From: a virus
Taxonomy: Duplodnaviria; Caudoviricetes
Direction: 5' to 3' (one strand)
DNA: 38,430 nucleotides
IMG/VR virus record: IMGVR_UViG_3300005058_000013
Location: 1-38,430 of that record
Positions 18,836 through 25,254 of this stretch are shown piece by piece (the first letter of the stretch is position 1; every line of letters begins with the position of its first letter). The position numbers and the translations under genes are program-made. The notes under the pieces were generated by a model. That model was given only the letters and a program-made list of their open reading frames with translations. It searched no databases and had not been told where the DNA came from.

Positions 18836-20017
18836 CTACGCCACCTCCATCAGTTGCGCGGTCATGGCCGCCAGTTCGTCAATTTCCTCGTCCGGAATCT
18901 CCTGGTTGCCAGCCCATTTCCTGATAGCCTCGATCGGGCCGAGCTGCTCGGTCACCTCGGCGTCACGCTGCCGGTCGGCGCGGGCGATGTCTCCCCGGAT
19001 TTCGGACACAAAAAATGCGCCTGCATCATAGAGCGACCTTTCCATGGCGCGGCGATCCAATTGTTTGTTCAGCGCATCGTCGCAAGCGTACACAACCCGG
19101 ACAATAGCGTTTCGAATATTGGCGATATCGTTCGCAAAAACGTGATTTCCGTTCACAAAGCTGGCAATATCGTCATTTTTTAAAGAAATAGTGAGATATT
19201 TTCGCGCCGGTGTGTCAACGAATTTTGACGCAAACTTTCCATCCCACTCGTTCAACTCGTGAATCCAGAACCCGGCCTCCTGCTTCTCATCATTGAACGA
19301 CAATCTTTCGGGGCTGCCGCTGTAGAATACAGCCCCGTTTTGCTGTGGCCGGTGGATATGCCCGAGGCATACCAAATCATAGCCATGGATAGCCTCCTGC
19401 GTTAAAATCGCCTCGTTCTGCATCAGAACATCTTCGAACCCCGTGTCGGCGAGGTCATAGGTCAGGTGGCCGACCAGAATGGCCGGCGTGAATGTTGCAG
19501 TTGCCAATAGCCGCTGACAAGCCTCGGTGATTTGTTCCGTCATCATCTGGTGCATGACGTGCGCCGGCAGTCCTCGGAAATCGTCTCTGTTTGCAAATGT
19601 CGACCGGTCCATGCCAGGCAGGCAGGCGATCGACACCGCGGCATGAGCGGTCTCAAAATCAATCATGTCCGTTCCGGTGACAATCCGCACGCCCGGCAGT
19701 TCAAACGCCTTCAGCAGTTCATAGGCGCTGATCGGGTCATGCGACGGCGTGCCGCTGATCACCAGCACTTCAATGCCGGCAGCCGAAAGTTTTTTCAACC
19801 AGGCCGCCGCGGCTATGATTTCCCGGCTGGCTTTATCCAGCGAAATATCTGCTTTACGGAACATGTCGCCGGCGACCAGCACCAGGTCAACTTGCTCGGC
19901 GATCATCCGATCGGCGGCCCAGTTCATGACATGGCAGATATCATCGAAGCGAGCGGATTGGCAGGGGCCTGGGTAACCAAGACCCCAATGAATGTCGGCG
20001 ATGTGCCCAATCTTCAT
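18836..20017 (-). CDS. sbcD: SbcD/Mre11-like metallophosphoesterase nuclease
   Basis: HIADIH, VAGDMF, SGTPSHD, LGHIH, YSGSPERLSF. Confidence 0.93.
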   Translation of the reverse strand: MKIGHIADIHWGLGYPGPCQSARFDDICHVMNWAADRMIAEQVDLVLVAGDMFRKADISLDKASREIIAAAAWLKKLSAAGIEVLVISGTPSHDPISAYELLKAFELPGVRIVTGTDMIDFETAHAAVSIACLPGMDRSTFANRDDFRGLPAHVMHQMMTEQITEACQRLLATATFTPAILVGHLTYDLADTGFEDVLMQNEAILTQEAIHGYDLVCLGHIHRPQQNGAVFYSGSPERLSFNDEKQEAGFWIHELNEWDGKFASKFVDTPARKYLTISLKNDDIASFVNGNHVFANDIANIRNAIVRVVYACDDALNKQLDRRAMERSLYDAGAFFVSEIRGDIARADRQRDAEVTEQLGPIEAIRKWAGNQEIPDEEIDELAAMTAQLMEVA

Positions 20018-20982
20018 CGTTTGTCACCGTCCATCGCCAAGTCAATGACCAAGTCTTGCAGATCCGCTTCGCTGACTTTGCTTAGCCAGTCGATGACCGC
20101 AGACGCTTCCGCCTTGGTCAGTTCGGAAATCGGCTTTTTCTTTTCCGCCAGGATAATGGCCTCGATGTCTGCGGCCTTGACGTTCTTTTTCTCGGCGTCA
20201 TATTGAATCTTGTTCTTCTGGGCAATGGTGATCATGCCGCCAGAGGCAGTCGGGTTAAAGGCATGTTTCTCGTCGGCCGCAGTCGGGACGCCTTTTTGCT
20301 TTTTAAGCTTTTGCAGGCGGCCGTCATCCTCTTTACCCATCCAGTCATCCATTTCATCAACGGTCTGGTTAAATATCCCGCTTGTTCCGGTTGCGGTAAG
20401 CGTTGCATCAACCAAGGCTCGTTTCTTCGCCATTTTCAGCACAGTATTCCATTGGTCAATAAGGTCGACATTGTCAACGCGGTACTTGGTGTACTCAACT
20501 TTTTGGCCATTTTTGGTTGTTTCCCATGTTTTAGCAACCAGTCCTGTCTTGTCGGTTCCCTTCGGCAGTTCATTTTCAAACAGCCAGCGATACCGGTATT
20601 TTGACTCGAAGCTGCTGCACTCCCCGACCCCTTCAGTGATAATGGCGCCGGTACCGCGGTGAATGATCTGCATGGTGACTTCTGCCAGGTAATACCCGGT
20701 ATTGAGGTCGCGAGTTTCCCGCTTATCTTTGACTAAAGATGAAAACCCGTAAACCGAAAGCAGTTTCTCCGCGCCAGGCTTGAATAGGCAAGGCTTGTCC
20801 GTCCCTGGGATCGTGTCATAGTCAAACCCTTTGTCCATGATGTCCTGCATGAAATTTTTGATCATAGACAGTTTCATTTTCATCTCGTTCAGCCGCGCGG
20901 CCATCTCGCCGGTCATGCCGCCGCTCATATCCATAATGCCACCAGACTTCTGTTCCGTAGTGGCCATTGCTCCGTTTGCCAT
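20014..20982 (-). CDS. Conserved phage protein, putative DNA annealing/recombination protein
   Basis: DY..IPGTDKP.L.KPGAEKL, EG.G.CSS.E.KY, NT.LKMA.KRALVDA motifs; sits in the usual annealing-protein slot upstream of SbcCD; function is inferred. Confidence 0.6.
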   Translation of the reverse strand: MANGAMATTEQKSGGIMDMSGGMTGEMAARLNEMKMKLSMIKNFMQDIMDKGFDYDTIPGTDKPCLFKPGAEKLLSVYGFSSLVKDKRETRDLNTGYYLAEVTMQIIHRGTGAIITEGVGECSSFESKYRYRWLFENELPKGTDKTGLVAKTWETTKNGQKVEYTKYRVDNVDLIDQWNTVLKMAKKRALVDATLTATGTSGIFNQTVDEMDDWMGKEDDGRLQKLKKQKGVPTAADEKHAFNPTASGGMITIAQKNKIQYDAEKKNVKAADIEAIILAEKKKPISELTKAEASAVIDWLSKVSEADLQDLVIDLAMDGDKR

Positions 20983-21015
20983 GAACAAACCCTCCTCGTT
21001 GTACTTTCTTTGGTA

Positions 21016-21105
21016 TTGACGATATCAACCGTGCTTGATACACTTTTAGTGGTGGTTCTTTCCTTAGCGGCTTCTGTGTGACAGCACAGGAGCTGCTTCT
21101 TTTTG
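21016..21105 (+). ncRNA. Candidate OOP-like antisense RNA (promoter, ~55 nt, terminator)
   Basis: TTGACG(21016-21021)-17 bp-TACACT(21039-21044) with TGn extension; 13-bp hairpin AGCGGCTTCTGTG/CACAGGAGCTGCT followed by TCTTTTT; overlaps the 3' end of the XRE gene. Confidence 0.65.
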
Positions 21106-21504
21106 TGCCTGGTCGGCTGCAATCATCATTGCGAATATGGACCTGGCTACATCGGCAAGTTCACTGACCAACGCTGGATCCAAATCTCCGTCGCATGAAT
21201 CTTGCAGCAAACTTGCCTGGATTGCGTTTGCCTCTCCCTGTTCTTTCAGGTACCGGACTACAGTTCCGGCCAACCCGTCTCGGGGAACTTCCCATCCGCA
21301 TTTACGACCGATAGGGCATCTTTGTGCGCAGTATCGCAGTATCAGGTTCGGTTGCCTGTACACGTGGGCCATCGCCATTATCAGCGTTTGTTCCAACGGC
21401 GTTGTATTTTGCTCAATCCTGGCCAGCGTCCGCCGGTCCATGTGCAGATGATACGCCGCCATTTCCTGCGACAATCCGGCCTGTTCCCGGGCTTCTCTTA
21501 GCAT
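21064..21504 (-). CDS. XRE-family HTH regulator (CII-like position)
   Basis: LREAREQAGLSQE.AA..L....RTL.RIE HTH; YCAQRCPIG motif; GAGGGGGTG RBS; co-directional with the lytic genes. Confidence 0.85.
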   Translation of the reverse strand: MLREAREQAGLSQEMAAYHLHMDRRTLARIEQNTTPLEQTLIMAMAHVYRQPNLILRYCAQRCPIGRKCGWEVPRDGLAGTVVRYLKEQGEANAIQASLLQDSCDGDLDPALVSELADVARSIFAMMIAADQAQKEAAPVLSHRSR

Positions 21505-21536
21505 CGTTTTTCACCCCCTCTCGCTGTATGATGTTG

Positions 21537-21725
21537 TCAAGGAAGAAGAATCAGTATCAAGAAGAACGCCAGGATGGATGCCGCCGCGATGATCGCAAGT
21601 TTTCGCATGGTTTTCGGCCTGTAGCAGTTCGTGTTCAGCCGATGTTCCATGCAAATCGAACAGGGCTTCTGGTCCGGCGGCGTTTCAAAGTAATGGCATG
21701 ACAGACAATCTCTCGCTTCGCTCAT
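21537..21725 (-). CDS. Small Cys-rich protein with C-terminal TM helix
   Basis: MSEARDCLSCHY...PCSIC...LAIIAAASILAFFLILILLP; ATGA overlap with the upstream stop. Confidence 0.65.
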   Translation of the reverse strand: MSEARDCLSCHYFETPPDQKPCSICMEHRLNTNCYRPKTMRKLAIIAAASILAFFLILILLP

Positions 21726-21949
21726 TTCAGCAACGCCACCCATCCAGCAATCAGGCTCATACCGATCATGACGCCGATCGAGTTTTCAATCATCTTGCGC
21801 GGCGCTTTGCCTTTGCGGAAGCCGGGGATAGTGACCTGTTGCGCCAGTTTCTGATAAGCCCGATCAAAGCCTTTGTTTACCTCTTCGACCGGAAGTTCGA
21901 TCACCAATTCGGTAATATTGTGTTCCTTTTTTTCAACTGTAACTTTCAC
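21722..21949 (-). pseudogene. tig: Truncated host trigger factor (N-terminal ~59 aa) fused to a hydrophobic 16-aa tail
   Basis: MKVTVEKKEHN..EL.IE....V.K..DRAY.KLA.QV.IPGFRKGKAPR is the trigger factor ribosome-binding signature; AAAGGAGG RBS; similarity stops near 21773. Confidence 0.92.
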
Positions 21950-22021
21950 TTAATGTCCTCCTTTGAATCCTGCAGGAACTTTTCGGCAAGGAGCCGAAAA
22001 CAGCCCTTTGCATTGAATTTT

Positions 22022-22050
22022 ATTTTAACATTCTTGACAATAAAAAACAA
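22022..22050 (-). promoter_or_regulatory. Putative host tig sigma-A promoter
   Basis: TTGTTT(22050-22045)-17 bp-TAAAAT(22027-22022) with TGn extended -10. Confidence 0.6.
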
Positions 22051-22055
22051 TCGAC

Positions 22056-22084
22056 AAAGAAAAAGCCGGCAGTAATCTGCCGGA
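22056..22084 (-). terminator. Terminator after tRNA-Gly
   Basis: CCGGCAG-ATTA-CTGCCGG followed by CTTTTTCTTT. Confidence 0.75.
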
Positions 22085-22095
22085 ACATAATTTTC

Positions 22096-22170
22096 TGGAG
22101 CGGAAAACGAGATTCGAACTCGCGACCCTCGCCTTGGCAAGGCGATGCTCTACCGCTGAGCTACTTCCGC
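22096..22170 (-). tRNA. tRNA-Gly(GCC)
   Basis: GCGGAAGTAGCTCAGCGGTAGAGCATCGCCTTGCCAAGGCGAGGGTCGCGAGTTCGAATCTCGTTTTCCGCTCCA: canonical cloverleaf with encoded CCA. Confidence 0.97.
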
Positions 22171-22185
22171 ATCGTGACAGAGATT

Positions 22186-22215
22186 ATTTTAACTCCGGGT
22201 CGTTTTGTTTGTCAA
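22186..22215 (-). promoter_or_regulatory. tRNA-Gly promoter
   Basis: TTGACA(22215-22210)-18 bp-TAAAAT(22191-22186), ending 15 bp upstream of the tRNA. Confidence 0.7.
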
Positions 22216-22322
22216 GACCATAGCCACTGCACCAGCAATACGAGTCCTGCCAGGACCCATATCAGCATTCATGGGCTACAGTAATTAGAAAAGAACGACT
22301 TAATCCGGCTGAACATATGCAA
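22212..22322 (-). pseudogene. Small membrane peptide ORF with an in-frame TGA
   Basis: AAGGAGG (22330-22336), then TTG-H-MFSRIKSFFSNYCSP-TGA-MLIWVLAGLVLLVQWLWS-TGA, all in one frame. Confidence 0.45.
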
Positions 22323-22375
22323 GCAGCAACCTCCTTGCCAACGATTCACCCTGCCATTCAAAACTTTGTTTGATT

Positions 22376-22388
22376 TGGTGCGGGCGAG
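22376..22388 (-). other. tRNA 3'-end remnant, candidate att (attR-like) core
   Basis: CTCGCCCGCACCA resembles the acceptor 3' strand plus CCA of a tRNA starting GCGGGCG (Leu-like); lies at the boundary between phage-like and host-like DNA. Confidence 0.5.
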
Positions 22389-22530
22389 CCGGACCAACCT
22401 CTGCGCCAACTAATTAGCGAGTCTGTAATCTATGAATACCGCACTGGTATTGTGTCGCAGCAGCGCTTCATTGTCAGCAACAAGGAAAAACAATAATATG
22501 CGCTGGCAGGTTCCCTTCCTCTAAATATAT

Positions 22531-22566
22531 AAATAAAAAAAAGCCGCCTGCCGAAGCAAGGGGCTG
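22531..22566 (-). terminator. Rho-independent terminator
   Basis: AGCCCCTTGC-TTCG-GCAGGCGGCT followed by a T-run. Confidence 0.7.
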
Positions 22567-22733
22567 ACATTCGGGAATCCATTCACTTGACAAAAACACG
22601 CAAAAGTGTCACTTTACTTTCAAGAGTCTCTTTGAAAGTGATTTGATTGACTTTTACGGTCATCCAATATAATTCACTTGACCAAATCAGGTCAAGCAAC
22701 ATCGGTATTTTGCGAGAAAAAGTCAAGCAAAAC

Positions 22734-22765
22734 AAAAAAGCCCCGCCGGCCGAAACCGACGGGGT
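22734..22765 (-). terminator. Terminator of the late/lysis operon
   Basis: CCCCGTCGGT-TTCG-GCCGGCGGGG followed by CTTTTTTG. Confidence 0.8.
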
Positions 22766-22779
22766 AACCTATGGGGCTA

Positions 22780-23364
22780 TTACATTCGCGTCAACATGAT
22801 TCCGATTTTTGACTGTTCCGGTTTTTTCAGGTCAGCAACGCCCCATGCACCAAGATACCATCGTTTTGTTTTTGTTTTGGCTATCTGCCAATTCGCGCTA
22901 GCCAGCACAGCATCTGGGCCAAAGCCGACCTGCTGAAAATCTTTCGGATACGCCTTAATGTTATATACATTTAGATTTACCGGCTCATCCTTTTTGGGAG
23001 CCGGTTTTTCATTGGGACGCTTCGGATCCGTGACCATAACCATATCGGCGCCAGATTGCTTTCGAATCTTTTCAGCCATCTTTTCCCACGCAGACCCGGT
23101 TGTTTGCACAATCTGGTCAGGTGGTTTTGTTGCCGATCGCTCAACCGCTTGCGCAAGCTCTGCTGCCTGATACGAACTCAGCGGAACCTTAGCTGCCACC
23201 GCAGCCTGCTGCACTCCCTGCACAGTTTGAGCAGATTGCTGGGTGACTGCCACGACCGGCGGAGCTCTGAATTTGTCTGCAGCCCAGTGGTAAGCCATCA
23301 CTACAGCGACAACGCACAGCGTGACTGTCAGTATGCGGGCATGGATTTTAACTTCGCTGCTCAT
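22780..23364 (-). CDS. Membrane-anchored lysis-cassette protein (candidate spanin equivalent)
   Basis: N-terminal TM helix, Ala/Gln-rich helical middle, C-terminal alternating beta-strand pattern; last gene of the cassette. Confidence 0.6.
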   Translation of the reverse strand: MSSEVKIHARILTVTLCVVAVVMAYHWAADKFRAPPVVAVTQQSAQTVQGVQQAAVAAKVPLSSYQAAELAQAVERSATKPPDQIVQTTGSAWEKMAEKIRKQSGADMVMVTDPKRPNEKPAPKKDEPVNLNVYNIKAYPKDFQQVGFGPDAVLASANWQIAKTKTKRWYLGAWGVADLKKPEQSKIGIMLTRM

Positions 23365-23540
23365 TTGACCAGCAGGCCGACTGCCACGCCCAGGGCAAAC
23401 GCCACAAGAATTGTTTTGCGGACAGCAGCGTTATAGGCGCTGAATTTTTCCTTGATTTCTTTGTCCTGCTGCTCCAGCCAATCTGCCTTGCCGGTGAAAA
23501 ATTCTCCGATATGTTTCATTTGATTTGCAAGCCAGTTCAT
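23361..23540 (-). CDS. Small protein with C-terminal TM helix
   Basis: GAGGAGG RBS; MNWLANQ...TILVAFALGVAVGLLVK; ATGA-coupled to the next gene. Confidence 0.75.
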   Translation of the reverse strand: MNWLANQMKHIGEFFTGKADWLEQQDKEIKEKFSAYNAAVRKTILVAFALGVAVGLLVK

Positions 23541-23553
23541 GCTTTTATCCTCC

Positions 23554-24057
23554 TCACGTCTCCTTAAAATATTCCTGGGCATACTGCCGAGCCGCCTCTG
23601 GCGTGACCGTGCTGACATTGACCCCTGCCATGTATCCGGGGAACGCTTCCCGCACCAGCAGCGTCTGCAGGCCGCTACAATTGAACGATTCATCGTTGTT
23701 GATAAACCGATCAAAAATCGCAGCCACTTTGCCACCCAGCACGTCATGAGCGCCACCGATGATGCAATCATCAACGCCATAAGGTTGCCCGGCAAGCCAT
23801 AGCGCTTTGGCCGCCACCGCCTTGCGCTGTTCTTCGGTGATCTCCACCGATATGATGGATAACTCTGTTGCGTCATTGAACAGGTCTGGCGGCGAGAACC
23901 TCACTGCCGGCCGGACCGCTTCGACGATCATGCGGCTACCGTCGACATCGATCGCCAGCGCCGCGTGAGCGAATCTTGACTTTGTTGCTTTGCGGATCAG
24001 TGCCTCCGTTTCCGGATGCCGGCCACTTGATACATATATCAGATCCATTTTAGGCAT
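23554..24057 (-). CDS. Permuted NlpC/P60 (YiiX/YebB-like, peptidase C92) protein
   Basis: His before Cys: SRFAHAAL...IVEA...A..LAGQPYG...FNCSGL...VTPE. Confidence 0.8.
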   Translation of the reverse strand: MPKMDLIYVSSGRHPETEALIRKATKSRFAHAALAIDVDGSRMIVEAVRPAVRFSPPDLFNDATELSIISVEITEEQRKAVAAKALWLAGQPYGVDDCIIGGAHDVLGGKVAAIFDRFINNDESFNCSGLQTLLVREAFPGYMAGVNVSTVTPEAARQYAQEYFKET

Positions 24058-24650
24058 TACAGTTCCTCCCCTCTCAATAACCGAATTGCGTCTTGCTTTT
24101 CGTTTTCCCATCTTGCGAACAAACCGGGCCGCAGTGTCGGCGCTCCGCTCGACCAATCCGGATCATTGATTTTCGTGTCATATATATTCCGAATCCACAT
24201 TGCTGGATCTTCGTCATACGATTCGGCCAGCAATTCGCCAGCAGTCCCCGGTCCGTGCTGGATGGCGTTGCTGAACAAAACCGCATGTAGAGCAAAAGGC
24301 AGATTGTCCATGTCGACGCCCATTTTGCGAGCAGTCTTGGCAGCAGTTTCATAGTATCTGGGTATTACATACTGCTCTTGCATATCGCCAAACGCCGAAT
24401 CATTCTCTGCCAGCCAAAGCCATTGGCTTGAGAATTCCAGACTGCCGGGTTCCGACCGACTCAGCATGGCACCGAACGAAGATCCTCGATCATTCCGTTG
24501 CTGAAGCCATTTGACAAACTGATGTACGCTGCCGGTGTTGGTTGCCAGTTGGTATGTTCCATAACTGATACCGCCGGAATCTCCTTTACCTGTGCTGATC
24601 GTAGCCGGGCCACTGCCCTCGTATTTTTCCGACAAGATCCCCAGTCTCAT
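24057..24650 (-). CDS. Lysozyme-like endolysin (VgrG3 C-terminal-like muramidase)
   Basis: LG.LSEKYE...P.TISTG.GD.GG.SYG.YQL, W...A.....F...Q, S.AIQHG, GL..R..NEK.DA. Confidence 0.8.
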   Translation of the reverse strand: MRLGILSEKYEGSGPATISTGKGDSGGISYGTYQLATNTGSVHQFVKWLQQRNDRGSSFGAMLSRSEPGSLEFSSQWLWLAENDSAFGDMQEQYVIPRYYETAAKTARKMGVDMDNLPFALHAVLFSNAIQHGPGTAGELLAESYDEDPAMWIRNIYDTKINDPDWSSGAPTLRPGLFARWENEKQDAIRLLRGEEL

Positions 24651-25042
24651 TCCCTTACCTCCAGCGGCACAGCATTGCCGGCGTCGATGATCAGCCGCGA
24701 CAGCGCCTGCCCATCTTCGTTCTGCATCCGGATGCAGCCAAGCGTCGGATACCAGCCCTGCCGGGGCAGTTTCGGCTCATCCAGACCAGACCCGCCGCCG
24801 TGGATGTCCCTGCCCCTGTAATCACCGGTTGAAATGTAAAAAGTTCCGTATTCGTCGGAGTCTTCCGCTGGCGGCTCATCGGCCACCGCTGTATAACTCC
24901 CGACAGGCAGCGATTCATAGGGCTGGCCTTCGGTGTTTCGGCCACTGAAATAAGCATGCCTAGCTTCGTAGCTGGCGACAACTTCCTCACCGTCATAAGC
25001 GGTTATTCGCTGATCAGTGCGGCTAAATACAAGAGTTAACAT
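24647..25042 (-). CDS. L,D-transpeptidase (YkuD)-like catalytic domain protein
   Basis: LP.G.Y, RGRDIHGGG...PTLGCIRMQNED matches the YkuD His/Cys motif; alternative start GTG 25051. Confidence 0.8.
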   Translation of the reverse strand: MLTLVFSRTDQRITAYDGEEVVASYEARHAYFSGRNTEGQPYESLPVGSYTAVADEPPAEDSDEYGTFYISTGDYRGRDIHGGGSGLDEPKLPRQGWYPTLGCIRMQNEDGQALSRLIIDAGNAVPLEVRE

Positions 25043-25047
25043 GAGTG

Positions 25048-25254
25048 TCACCTCTCCAACATATCTTTGATGGTTTTTACATCACGGCCATCGCGGTCGC
25101 GGAGTTCACGATTGATTTGCCGTAGCTGCTCATTGGCTGCAGCCAGTTCCGGCGCATCGGGAGTTTGTTCCACCGCCACCGGTTCATGATCGCCAAACAG
25201 CTTGTCCGATACTGCCGGCAGCGGGATCTCGACTTTGATGTTGATAGGCTTCAT
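25048..25254 (-). CDS. Hypothetical protein
   Basis: 68 aa, AAGGAGG RBS, ATGA-coupled to the holin. Confidence 0.65.
   Translation of the reverse strand: MKPINIKVEIPLPAVSDKLFGDHEPVAVEQTPDAPELAAANEQLRQINRELRDRDGRDVKTIKDMLER

Noticed and set aside
21064..21504. XRE gene as the phage CI repressor
   Set aside because: Co-directional with the lytic operon, no peptidase S24 domain or divergent promoter arrangement; context fits a CII-like regulator
21946..22140. 64-aa minus-strand ORF MPRRGSRVRISFSAP
   Set aside because: Translation of the tRNA-Gly 3' half and the tig promoter region
22461..22505. Shared CAGCGCT...AATATGCGCT words between this hairpin and the 31488-31589 segment, suggesting a DGR template/variable repeat pair or a dispersed element
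   Set aside because: Spacers differ in length (27 versus 16 nt) and do not align, differences are not adenine-specific, no reverse transcriptase is present, and the words are partly palindromic; likely chance
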